This document shows positions 52,196 through 64,000 of a stretch of 64,000 nt of DNA, piece by piece (within the stretch, counting starts at the first letter, position 1; each line of letters starts with the position of its first letter). Under the pieces are notes generated by a model. That model had not been told where the DNA came from and did no database searches. It saw nothing but the letters and a program-made list of their open reading frames with translations. The translations under genes and the position numbers were made by a program. The stretch is from Felis catus (Eukaryota): assembly GCF_018350175.1 (NCBI RefSeq), contig NC_058368.1, positions 28,336,001-28,400,000 on the forward strand. Reading direction: 5' to 3'.

Positions 52196-55100
52196 ATATC
52201 CTATCTGATTCTTAATCATTATTACCTCTCCACACCAGCATCCACTGAAGTGCTTGCATTTTTAGCTCTACTTACAAGGTCAATGCTATAGCAACCCCAC
52301 ATTAAAATATGACCAGACAATGCCATTTTGCAAATAGCTCTTTCTGCAGAAATAACACTTGCTTCTTAGATACTGTACAGAATCCATATACCAGTCCCTT
52401 CTGCCAGTACCTGGCAAATGCTTCCCCTCCTTGTTTTCAACAATCTGATTCACCACCTCCATTGGGCACAGGGTTCTGTGACACCATAATGTTTCATCTT
52501 CTGTTCTAGCTTGTATTGGACCTCTTGTCTCTCATCCTGAAATGTCAAATAATATGTGAAGAGACCAAGTAAATCCTCTACTTGGCCTCAGAAAGAAGTC
52601 TCTCGCAAATCACGTGCATGTCATAGAAAATTAACTTGAATTCTGCCCTCTGCTCGTTTGTTAGCTTCAGCCAACTTAAGGTTCTATTTACCTTAACTCA
52701 TGACTTTTGATAACCGCGGGTCAAACAGTGAAACGATATACAACACATATGCAAGAACAAACACCTGCTGGGAGAGGCAAGCCAAAGACTTTTTGTGCCC
52801 ACTGCCAAGCATTCAGTTTCCCTGGGCCACCTTCATAATGGATTTCCTCACTAAGCTCCCTGCCTTTCAGTAATATAAAACCAACTCCATGGCTGTTCCA
52901 ATAACAAGTGGCTGGCTCACTTCCACCCATGCCAGGAGCCACTGGGATATATTCATGTTGGTCATCTTTTACCTCCACAAAGCATCAACAACATTGCTCT
53001 GGTCTGGGGATCCCCCTGCTTTTGTATTCAGGGTGACTTTATACCCTGTTTTTACCCAGTGCGATCACATACAATCCTGGCACACTCAAAGTTTTTGCCT
53101 ATTGTTAGCGCCTCTTTTCTTTCTCAAAAATATCTCAGCATAGAAAATAAATTATTAGGACATCTTATTTATATCCTGCCTTACACAGAATCTCTTCTTT
53201 ACCTCCCGGGTCTAAAGGACCTGGCCCAAGATACCACCCAGACCGCTAGCCGGGCAGAAATAACCAGCCAAACCTAAAGCTGTCTCTTCAGCTCCACTCT
53301 TCTTCCCACTACCAAGCTAACCAACTGCTTGTTTCTCCTTCCCACCATCTAACTTGTTTCTTTAAATGTCATCTGCCCTTATCTCAGAACACCAAACGTA
53401 CATGAGCTACATTTTCTAACTAAGGAACTTCCTGGGCTTTATTCTCTTTGTCAGTGTTTGTGGTCATAGAATAGGTTGAGGAATTCTAAGCCACAAAAGA
53501 TCATTCTTGACAGGATCTCTCGAGGAAGCCCAAATGACCTTGAAACCATATGTCAGCAGGGGACCCCAGGACACCCCTAGCGGGATGTTACTAGTCTCCA
53601 TAACATCTTCATAACTTCTCTTCCTACAAACTTTCAACCAGCTGCATGGCACCCTTATCATCTTCTCAGCACTATAGCTGTCGTGTGGGTGACCTACAAC
53701 TACAGCCCCTAAATGCTCTCAGAATCTACAGCTCTCAAATTCATCAGCCTCTCCTGTGTTTTGCCAAATTCAACTCCTACCCTTCGTGTTAACAAAGGCT
53801 ATCCAGGAATACGCAGTTCATGGCATACTAAATTCATGGATGCACCGGAAACAACAGCAACAACAACAACACTCCAAAAAATGTAATGCAAGCAGAAGGG
53901 GACTGCCACCTCACCTCTGCTTGCCATTTGGAGACCATGGCTACTACCCTGCAGAGATGATGCAGAGGTCCATAATGCTGGGATTTCTATTGCCGTCTGG
54001 TCCCTAGAAAACTTCGGTCCATTTAAAGGATGTGGCATCACCTCCTATCCCTAAGGATCTGACTCCCCCTGAGAATTCTTGAAAACATATTTGGCAGGAA
54101 GCCTTCATAAGATAAATCTCTCTAGACTCTGACTCTGCCCGGCTCCTGTTTCACCTATCATTTTTTGCTTCTTTACGACAGCTATGCCACTTGAAGGTAG
54201 GCAGGGACGATGTCTTGTTTATTGCTGTCACAGAAAAAGAGTAGGTCTCAGTTTTTGGCAATAGCATCAATTATACAACAAACACGTTTCTGCTGCTCTG
54301 CTACATCTTTTCACTCTCTCTTTTCATGTGTTTGCCTGAAGAATGGGCACAAAATAGCAGCGGAGGTCTGGAATCGGGGTCCATAGATTTGAAGACAATG
54401 GGGCTTCAGGTTGGGTGCGGCTCAGTTGCTAAAGAAGCTAAATCAGACATGAGCCGTAATAGTCTCTAAGAGGACAATAAACAGAGGGATCTTGGGGAGA
54501 AGCTCTCCTAGGTAGAGCCAGAAAGAAATCTTCAGAGAGCAGAAGGGCCAGCCCATTCAAAGGCAGAGCTATTCAGGAGACCCAAAGGCATTGCTTACAG
54601 ATGTTGTATTTCACAAGGCAGGTAGCTTGGGAGCATGCCTTCCTGGGCACACACTTAAAAAAACTCACAATGCCCCAGTCATCTCTAAGACAAATGGTTA
54701 TATTCCAAGAAGTACTTTATCTCTAGGCTGAGGAGTGAGTGAAAGAGAGACAGCTGTGTTCTAATAAGTGGATTTCTATTTTGAGGGTTTGGATCTCAAG
54801 AGTCTTTAATTTGATCAGTCTGACACAGGTTAGGAAGGAAGTCTGAAAGCTTAGCAAGTGCTGAGAGCTGTAAATTTTCATCACTCTTAGCTGGGCTATC
54901 TATTACCCTCCTCCACTAGATTGGGACAGGTTTTAGGCAACAGAGCTGAGTGGAAATCCAGTGGGAGCTCTGAGCTTCACATCCAAAGAATAGTTCATGA
55001 ATGCAACAGGTGTCAAAAGATCCAATACCAGGTATAAGAGGAGATCCAAAAAGCTGATAAGATAAGACATCAAGGAATCTAGGCTCAACAGATACTCAAC

Positions 55101-55732
55101 AACCCAGGCTGACATCTGGCAAGCACTAAGAAAGGGTATCAACAGATAAAATGGCCTCTATCCATATGGGTGCAGGAGTAGGACATCAGCTGGCAAAGAA
55201 AAATGGCCCAAACAAGGGAAGCCTCCAATCCCCAGTTGACACCATAGTTACCGAGAAACAAGGTTCAATGAAGAACTACATTATATGAATAAGGAAACAA
55301 AGTTATTAGATTTGGGGCATAAGATCAGAGTCAACACTAGGATATTTTGTGCATCCTAAAGAAATTTTGAAGTAAGGATAAATCCTGGAGCTGGGTTCCG
55401 GGTTGTTCTGCAGAGAGAAGATGGAGGCACAGGTGGGAGTTGGTGGAGTAGAGTTTTAAATTATGAAACACTTAAAACAAACTGAAAATAATATAACATA
55501 GTTTTGAAGAAGCAAAATGTTCCAGGTACAGATAAAGCTTTATTCTCACTATCTTTTCTGTTTCCTTTCTCTCCATAGGAAACCACCATCCTGAAACTGA
55601 TGCATATCATAACCATTCATGTCTTTATACTTTTACTACATAGGTATGAACCTGTAAATAATATATACTATTTGAGTGTATAAATTTTTACATAAATGTT
55701 ATGTGGTGTATATATTTAGCAACTTGCCTATT

Positions 55733-55939
55733 CTTAATGTTTGTTTGTTTATTTATTTGTTGAGAGACACAGTATGAGTGGGGGAGGGGCAGAGAGAGAG
55801 GGAGACACAGAATCCGAAACAGGCTCCAGGCTCTGATCTGTCAACACAGAGCCCAACACGGGGCTTGAACTGTGGAACAGTGAGGCCATGACGTGAGCCA
55901 AAGTTGGCCATTCAACCAACTGAGCCACCCAGGTACCCC
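55733..55939 (-). mobile_element. Can-SINE
   Basis: Head and tail. Confidence 0.9.
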
Positions 55940-56972
55940 ATCAGTTGTCTATTCTTTTATTCAGCATTAAGAAATCCAACATACTGATCAATGCATTGAT
56001 TCATTTCATTCAATTGTATTAATAAATGACTTTATTTATCCACTCTACTACTATTAAATGTCTCTATTTTATTTACTACAATCTTGCAGTAAACATCTTT
56101 ATACATATCTCTTTGGGCCCATATGTATATATGAGTGGAACTGTTGGATCATAGAACAGACACGTCTTCAACTTACTAGGTATTACCAAATAGGTCTCCA
56201 AGAGGTTATACTGATTTATATTCCCACCTGCAGTGTGCACAAATTCCCATTTCTTTTAATCCTTATTAAAAACAGCTTTGCCAATCTGAGGGACCTAAAA
56301 TAATATTTTATTTCCCTGCATTTCTCTGGCTATGGTACCATTGAACATATTTTTAGATATTTATTAACATTGATTATTCTGAATTCCTTTGATGGAAATA
56401 GCCTGTTCATATAATTTGCCCATTTTTCTAGTGGATTGTTTGGTTTTCAAAAATTGATTTGTATGAATTTATACAGATGGCCAAGAAGCACATGAAAAGA
56501 TGCTGATAATGACTAATATCATTAGTCATTGAAGAAATGTAAAGTAAAACCACAGTGAGATAACCTGACCTACTAGAACTTACCTCTTAGAATTGCCTTA
56601 AAAACTGATAATAACAAGTATGGCAAGGATGGGAGCAACAGGAACAAATACTCATACGTCAATGATGGTAACAAAAATGCCACAGAACTTTGAAAAGTAT
56701 TTGGCAGTTTCTTATAAATACATAAGTACATATCTTCCATATGACCCAGAAATCCTATGTTGTTTAACTGAAAGAAAAATACATGTTCATATAAACACCT
56801 GTATGCAACTTTCTATAAAGGTTGCATTCATAATCACTCCCAACTGAAAACACCACAATGTCTTTGGCAAGAGGACAAATAAACTGGAATATCCATATAA
56901 TGAAATCCTTCTCAGCAACTAAAAGGAAAAGCTACGGTTATAAACAATGAGATGGATAATTTCAAAGTTTTT

Positions 56973-57185
56973 TTTTTTTTTAATTTTTTTTTTCAACGTT
57001 TATTTATTTTTGGGACAGAGCATGAACGGGGGAGGGGCAGAGAGAGAGGGAGACACAGAATCGGAGACAGGCTCCAGGCTCCGAGCCATCAGCCCATAGC
57101 CTGACGCGGGGCTCGAACTCACGGACCGCGAGATCGTGACCTGGCTGAAGTCGGACGCTTAACCGACTGCGCCACCCAGGCGCCC
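56973..57185 (-). mobile_element. Can-SINE, young SINEC_Fc type
   Basis: TSD TCAAAGTTTTT; nearly identical to the 2430 copy. Confidence 0.95.
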
Positions 57186-57419
57186 TCAAAGTTTTTAAAG
57201 CTACATTAATTATATGAGACCTTAACTGCAGTGCTGATTACACAGCTCTATGCAGTTGTCAAAATGTATTGAACTGTACTAAAAGGGATGAATTTCCCTG
57301 CTGACGAATTGTAGTTCAATAAACCTGACTTTAAAAAATAAGTGATTTGTACAAGATATGTATATATATATTACATATACATGTGTGTGTATCATGTATA
57401 CTAATCCATGGTGGTTTAT

Positions 57420-57642
57420 TATTTTTTTAATTTTTTAAATTAGTTTTCTTTATTTTTGAGAGGCAGAGAGAAACAGAGCACGTGTAGAGGAGGGGCAGAG
57501 AGAGAGGGAGACACAGAATCCGAAGCAGGCTCCAGGCTCCGAGCTGTCAGCACAGAGCCGGATTCTGGGCCCGAACTCACGAACCGTGAGATCACGACCT
57601 GAGCTGAAGTCGGACACTCAACGACTGAGCCACCAGGCGCCC
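57420..57642 (-). mobile_element. Can-SINE
   Basis: 19-bp TSD CTAATCCATGGTGGTTTAT. Confidence 0.93.
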
Positions 57643-58030
57643 TCTAATCCATGGTGGTTTATATGCTTAAAAACATTTTTTTCAGTCTGTGGTCTGTCTT
57701 TTGACTTTTATATGTTATTTATTACTTAACAGAACACTTACATTTTTATTTAGTCAAATTTATGAATCTTTTTTTTTAAATGGGCTATGTTTTTAGTGCC
57801 TCACATAAAATAACTCTTCCTTAGCCCCCTGACATAAAAATATTGTCTTATGTTTTCATTTTGACATTTGAAGTTTTGCTTTTCATATTTATGTCTTTTA
57901 TTTATTAGAATTAATTTTGACTATGGGGTGAGGAAGGGATTTAATTTTTTCTCTTCTTTATGAACATCTAATTATTCCAGCACCACTTACTGGACAGTTT
58001 TTTTTCCCCCTTAACTATTAAGCATCAACC

Positions 58031-58145
58031 TTTTTTTTTTTTAAGATTTTATTTTTAAGTAATCTCTACCCCAACATGGGACTCAAACTCACAACCCTGA
58101 AATCAAGAGTTACAGGTTCTACTGACTAAGCCAGCCACGTGCCCC
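58031..58145 (-). mobile_element. Short Can-SINE
   Basis: TSD TAAGCATCAA. Confidence 0.85.
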
Positions 58146-58242
58146 TAAGCATCAATTTCCTTTCTTAATGTCTAGGGAACATGACTGACACCACCCAGAT
58201 TTTTCTACATACATTTTTCATCCTCTAAAATAACATGACATT

Positions 58243-58373
58243 TGGAGTATCTGGCTGGCTGAGTAAGTAAAGCGTGTAAATCCTTGATTTCAGGATTGTG
58301 AGTTTGAGCCCCAAGTTGGGTATACAGATTACTTACATAAAACCTTAAATAAACAATCAAACAAACAAGCAAA
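58243..58373 (+). mobile_element. Short Can-SINE
   Basis: 17-bp TSD TAAAATAACATGACATT. Confidence 0.85.
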
Positions 58374-58709
58374 TAAAATAACATGACATTCTACAAGCCA
58401 AAAACGTTGTCACTTCTGAGAGATGACATTAATAACAAATCAAGTGTTTATTATATGCTCTTTTTTAGAATAAAAATTCTAAAAAAAAAAAAATAGAAAT
58501 CAAAGTCTCCCCCAAAGTTAGTTTTTAACAATTATTATCCATTTAAAAAAAAAAAGGAAAATCTGTATTCATGCTCGTAATATATGAACAAACTAAGAAG
58601 TATTCTAACTATATATTAAAAATTCAATATACAAAAGATGAATCTAATGCTGTGGTTAAAAATAAATACATTTCCTCAATAATATTACAGACCAGATTAT
58701 TAAAATGAG

Positions 58710-59004
58710 GACAGTCTAAAATAAATCTAATGTGAGCCATGTACATAATTTAAAATTTTGTAGTTAACAATATTAAGAGTTAGGAGGAACATGCAAAATT
58801 AATTCCATAATATATTTTCTTTAACACGATATATCCACAATGTTATCATTTCAACACTTAACCAATGTAAGAATTATTGAGACATTTTACATTCTTTTTT
58901 CATATCAGGTTGCAAAATCTGATGTGTATATCTAAATTCAGACTAGCCCCATTTCAAGTGTTCAATAGCCACACATAACTAGTGGCTACCATATTGGGTA
59001 GTGA
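58710..59004. mobile_element. MER33/MER3-like hAT element
   Basis: CATTTCAAGTGTTCAATAGCCACA...CTAGTGGCTACCATATTGG. Confidence 0.75.
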
Positions 59005-60157
59005 GATTTGGTCTTTCCTTCACAAATGACTAAAAGTGCTGGATAAAATCTAAATGAAGACAAGAGCCTAGAACGTTAAGCTTATCACTGAAACAGATTT
59101 TATTTGAGGGCATTTGCTAAAAGGGCTAAATTGAGCTCACAGGATCTCAGGAGGGAGATAGTCAAACTAGAACCCACCCTAGGTGGGGAGTCTAACAGGA
59201 AAACCTCCTTCCTCCATTCAGCTAAAATACCAAAAGGTATTTTGACTTACTGGGGGAGAGTGTGAGGGTGAATCAAGGTAAGGGTGAATCAGAAATTAAC
59301 CTGTCCCATGGGCCAGGACTAGACCATCACCAGGGTGGAAAGCTACCTTTAAAACATTATTGATTCTTGTGAATAAAGTAAAAAAAATCATAAAGCAAAT
59401 GACTAAATGCTTGAAATTGGATAATAATGAAACCACATGTTAAAAGTTGGGGGTTGCATGAGACCTTGCCCAGGTCTTGCAAGGGCCCAGTCTTTCCCAT
59501 TCAGTCCTGAGCAGGGCATGGGCCTCTGCCCATTGGAGGGCTTATCATGTGGAATTAGTGTGCAATTACAAGTCTGGTGTCTGGGGGATGTGCTCTCCGG
59601 TCTGAACACCCATAGGATTTTTCCACTGAACTCCATCTCTCTGATTTAGAGACCTGTCCTGGGTTTCAGTCCATTGACTTCCCTTATGTGATTGAGCTTG
59701 TCCCTTGGATTTCTAGACAAACAGATGACCATCTTGCACCCATGAAAAGTGCCTAAAAAAAAAAAAAAAGAAAGAAAAGAAGAAAAAGAAAAGAAGAATT
59801 CTGTGTGGGAATGTAGCTAAAGTAGTACTTAGAGGAAAACTGATAATTTTACATGCTTTTATTAAAAATAAAGATGATATACTAATCATCCAACCAAAGA
59901 AGTTAGAAAACTAAAACAGAACAACCCCCCCCCCATAGGAGGAAGTGATAAAGCTATGAGGAGACAGCTTTATAGATAATTCCTTCATACATTCAAAGAA
60001 CAGACAGCTCTATTCTTACACAAGTTCTTTTACAGAATAAGAAAGAAGAAATACTCCCTCAACTCATTTGAGTTACTGTAAACTTGAATCCCAAACTGGA
60101 CAAGGACAGTGAAATATCACTTAAGAACATAGAGGTAAGAGTTCTAAACAAAATATC

Positions 60158-60398
60158 GGGTGTCTGGATGGCTCAGTTGGTTAAGCATCCAACTCTTGAT
60201 TTCTGCTTAGGTCATGATCTCAGGGTTTGCCTGAACCCTCCATCAAGCCCCACGTTTGGGGGTGCTTCACGCTGACAGAGGGGAGCCTCTTTAGGATTTT
60301 CTCCCTCTCCCTCTCTCTGCCCCTCCCCTGCTTGGGTGCACACAGACTCTCTCTCTCTCTCCTTCTCTCTCAATCAGTCAATAAATAAACTTTAAAAA
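60158..60398 (+). mobile_element. Can-SINE
   Basis: 19-bp TSD AGAGTTCTAAACAAAATAT. Confidence 0.92.
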
Positions 60399-60796
60399 AG
60401 AGTTCTAAACAAAATATTACAAGTAAGATATTCTCTTTATTCATTCAACAGACATGTTTTGAAGACCAGCCAGAAGCCAAGCTTTGTGTAATACAATGGG
60501 AATGTGATGAATAATATATATTCTCTTGTTATTAAGAGAAAGCGAATTTGTTGGGAACAAAGCTGCATTAATAATTATGATGCAATATAATCACTCTAGT
60601 CAAGATATGCAATGGGAACACAGGGTAATAAGAACAGAGACTAGAATGTCTAAGTTTGCCTTGGCAAATTTTAGAAGGTTCCACTGGGAGATTCCTTGAG
60701 CTGAGAATTGATGGATAAGCAGGAATTTGACAGGTAGAGAAGAAGTGGTGTTGGTAGTAGAGATGAGAGGAGAGTAGGGATGTATTTTAGGGTAGT

Positions 60797-60848
60797 TGTG
60801 TGTGTGTGCGTGTGTGTGTGTGTGCGCGCGTGCGTGTGTGTGTATGTG
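60797..60848. repeat. (TG)n/(CG)n microsatellite
   Basis: Read directly from the sequence. Confidence 0.9.
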
Positions 60849-61040
60849 GAGGCAGGGAAGAATGGAACAGATGAGGACAAAAAAACCCTAGCAATTCAGA
60901 GGAGGGCTTAGAAGTTTTCCTTTAATTTATACACAATACACAGGGGAAAGAAATGACTTTTGTTAGTATCTAAAATACTCTGTAAAGTTAACAGAGACTA
61001 TACAACAAATATGAGTAGGTATAAAAATGAATATAGGTTA

Positions 61041-61264
61041 GGGGCGCCTGGGTGGCTCAGTTGGTTGAGCATCCGACTTTGGCTCAGGTCATGATCTCAT
61101 GGTCCATGAGTTCAAGTCCTGTGTCGGGCTCTGTGCTGACAGTTCGGACCTCTGAGCCTGGAGCCTGCTTCGGATTCTGTGTCTCCCTCTCTCTCTGCCC
61201 CTCCCCTGCTCATGCTCTGTCTCTGTCTCAAAAACAAATAAAAACATTTTTTAAAAATTTTAAG
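61041..61264 (+). mobile_element. Can-SINE
   Basis: TSD ATGAATATAGGTTA. Confidence 0.92.
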
Positions 61265-62019
61265 ATGAATATAGGTTAATATTTAAGTTTACAGAATTTA
61301 CAATGAATTAATCCACTAATCTTAGTGTTTAACTTTAAATTTTTGCTTAGGCTTGTTTTTGCTATTATTTTTACTTCTATTATTTCAATATATTGAGGTC
61401 CATATAGAAAGTCTATGTCAAGATAACTTCTTTTCTTGATGAAAATAGAAACTGATTTTTACTTTTAAATTTAAAAATTACTTCAGGCCAAAAAAAACTA
61501 AAAAACATATTGCCAGCATGCTATAATCACTTTCAAATCAGCTGATGTGCTTTAATAATTTGATTTCCAGTTGAAATGGCATAGTTCATCAAATTATAAT
61601 TAGGCTAATTACAGTGTTCCATATTAGTGTTTCTTGTTGGTTGAAAAATTGTCATCATGTAATAATGAGCTTTTAGCCATTTATGCCTTTGGGCTGAATG
61701 AACTTTTATAGTAGTCTTAAGATATTTAATATTCTTATTATCAGTTTAATGGCCATTGGCTTCTGTCCCTTAATTGGTTATCAGTGTTGCTGAATTTCTG
61801 CAGGGATATATATTGAACAAATTATAAGAGATACATTTTATATCCTGTTTCAGATTTCTTATTAATTTCCAACTCAACTGCACTTGGTGAGTTCCCAGTT
61901 TGTATGACTTGGGTTTTTGAAATTCATGGACAACTGCTTGGAGCCCAGATCTTAGCCTTCAAGCTTAACTTTAGTTTTGTTAGACGGCAGCTGTGGGTGA
62001 ATGGAGAGGTTGGATCAGA

Positions 62020-62165
62020 TCAGTGGTTCCTAAACTGGCTGCAGATAAGAATCCCCCAGGGAGGGTGATTCGAGGGTGCTCTGACCCCTCACCCAGAGAT
62101 TGCAGTTCTATAGGGCTGGAGTAGGTCCTGGACGCTTTTACACATGCTTTCTGGATGACTCTCAA
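62020..62165. mobile_element. MER5-like fragment
   Basis: CAGTGGTTCCTAAACTGGCTGCA...AGAATC start. Confidence 0.65.
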
Positions 62166-62209
62166 GCAGTCAACTGAGCACTGGAAATTGATGAACTAGT
62201 GTTGCATTT

Positions 62210-62436
62210 GGAAACTTGGGACCTGTGGGCGCTGACCTGTCAGTACAGGGGTTGGGATGCGGTCTGTCCCTGTAAAGAACTTTATTGGAATAGAGTCGGC
62301 TCATCACTTATGTATCATCGATGGCTGCTTTCCTGCTACAGTGGCGGAGTTGAGTGCACCTGCCAGAGACCGCACGGCCCACAAAACCAAAAATATTTAC
62401 AGGCCGACCCTTTACAGAGAAAGTTTGCTTACCCTT
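62210..62436 (-). mobile_element. MER58A-like fragment
   Basis: GGCCCACAAAACCAAAAATATTTAC...CCCTTTACAGAGAAAGTTTGC. Confidence 0.75.
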
Positions 62437-63360
62437 TCACTACTGGGTTACAAAATCACTTCGATAGGTGGCAATCAGTATTAAAAAAAAAATAAAACAG
62501 AAAATACCAATACTATTTAATGCATGTAAATACGTGCTGTGTTGTTAAATTTGCTATTATATACATGCATGTTTGTAAATGTGTATGTGTGTGTGTGTGT
62601 GTGTGTGTGTATATACAGATATCTGTATATACACATACATTTATGCATAATGGGGAATATGTATTTCTAATTGTGGGTAGCCGCCAAAAAAATTTGAAAA
62701 AATCAAACTATAATCTGAGGTAGCTTTCATCTGTGGACTTTGAGCTGCCAGCGTGCTTTGGCAACATGGATGTGGGCGGGAGGGAGGAGGGAGTGGGACA
62801 GGAGCTACGCAGACAATATGCTTTACCTGACTCACTCTATGCTTCTTGGGGGCTGCTTCCTACTTGGTAAGGCAGTGTCACTCCTTTAAGGAATGGTAGT
62901 GCTCAATGTCCGTGTTTGTTCAAAATGTCATTGCTAGAAATAGAACCAACTAAAGTTGTGTGCAGGGTGTGAGGGTGCTCTAATGGGGCAAATACTAAAT
63001 TTACAGGGTTGTCATAAGGATTAAATGTACATATAGTGCTTCAAACTGAGAGGTGCTATATGGTGCTGGGATGCTACTAGCTTTTATCTGCAGCCTCTCA
63101 TTCTTACAATTGTACCCACATCCCAGTCGTAAGACTAGCTCCCGAATGTTACCAACCATAGCACTGATTGTCACGTTTTGTGAATGCACTAGTGGCGGTA
63201 CAGGGACTAAGGGAGACAAACATTGGGGCCAGAGCTAGGGAAGGAAAGATGGGGTTCAAATTCTTGGACTGCTGGGACAATTCTTATTTCTAAAAATAAT
63301 AATAATACAGAAAAATCTGTATTTAGACTTCCTGGTGAAAATTCTAATTTGCTAGCACTA

Positions 63361-63701
63361 TGCTATGGTCTGCATATTTGTTGGAATCCTAACCCCCAAT
63401 GCTATTAGGAGGTGGGGACTTTTAGAGGTGATGAGGTCATGAGAGCACATCCCTCATTAATGGAATTAGTACTCTTACAAATGAGACGCCAGAGAGCTCT
63501 CTGGACCTTTCTGCCCCATGAGGACACAGAGAGAAGATGGTCTTCTGTGGCCAGAAAGTGGGCTTTTGCCAGACACTGAACTTCCTCGCGCCTCGATCTT
63601 GGGATTTCCCGGCCTCCAGAACAGTAAGAAATAAATTTCTGTTGTTTAAAATCCACTCAGTCTATAGCATTTCGTTAGAGCAACCCAAAAGGACAAAGAC
63701 A
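63361..63701 (+). mobile_element. MLT1A-like MaLR solo LTR
   Basis: TGCTATGGTCTG start; CCTCCAGAACAGTAAGAAATAAATTTCTGTTG; ends AAGACA. Confidence 0.85.
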
Positions 63702-64000
63702 GACTATAAACTGTTGGCTGCCAAGATTAGGAAATGGGCTTTCTGATTAATCAAGAATCGTAATTATGTAAACACACTGCTTGTTAAGAAAAGCAGAAAC
63801 AATTCGTATATAATAAAAGATAATTTGCAATGTAAAGTGTAAGTAATTTAATATGATTCAGAAAGCCCTTTGGAATCAAGCTGTGCCTCAGGGTCGCCAT
63901 GGAGATGCATAAAAGTTTCGGTTGCTTTTAATGGGATGCTGAATGACAAGCTTTTTCAGAGTTTAAACTCAGGTTCCTTTGTTTCCTAATTTGGTTAGGG

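Larger units (their letters stand above)
55450..57990. mobile_element. Nested L1 fragments (minus-strand old L1 with a plus-strand L1 at about 56470-57335) plus three SINEs
   Basis: AGCACATGAAAAGATGCT and TTGGCAGTTTCTTATAAA on plus; TTCCCACCTGCAGTG and TTCCAGCACCACTTA on minus. Confidence 0.7.

Noticed and set aside
63893..63906. X-box-like GTCGCCATGGAGAT
   Set aside because: Degenerate and isolated, with no promoter context
59000..64000. 3' end of the neighbouring gene DGKH, expected from human synteny
   Set aside because: No recognisable exon or ORF; a distal UTR cannot be shown from sequence alone
1..64000. Novel multi-gene system, CRISPR-like array or processed pseudogene
   Set aside because: No regular repeat-spacer array and no second protein-coding signal; known mammalian repeats and AKAP11 explain the window

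Overview
Felid (cat-family, probably Felis) genomic DNA, identified by about 27 tRNA-derived Can-SINEs of SINEC_Fc type. The left two thirds hold most of the AKAP11 (AKAP220) gene on the minus strand. It has a CpG-island promoter and first exon near 43.1-43.6 kb, then nine coding exons, all with GT-AG boundaries and consistent phase (5425 nt, 1808 codons), including a 4513-nt exon. The last coding exons and 3'UTR lie off the left edge. From 43.6 to 64 kb is repeat-rich intergenic DNA (SINEs, L1, L2, MER DNA transposons, an ERV1-like solo LTR, MLT1). I see no new multi-gene system. The best leads are: a stop-free, in-frame 156-nt alternative-acceptor extension placed between two LIR-like motifs; uORFs and an open N-terminal extension frame in the 5'UTR; a dense promoter motif cluster; inverted SINE pairs around skippable exons; and a perfect 21-bp hairpin made from an L1 tail. 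Exon numbers follow my recollection of the human gene. Repeat family names are recognised by eye, not by RepeatMasker.
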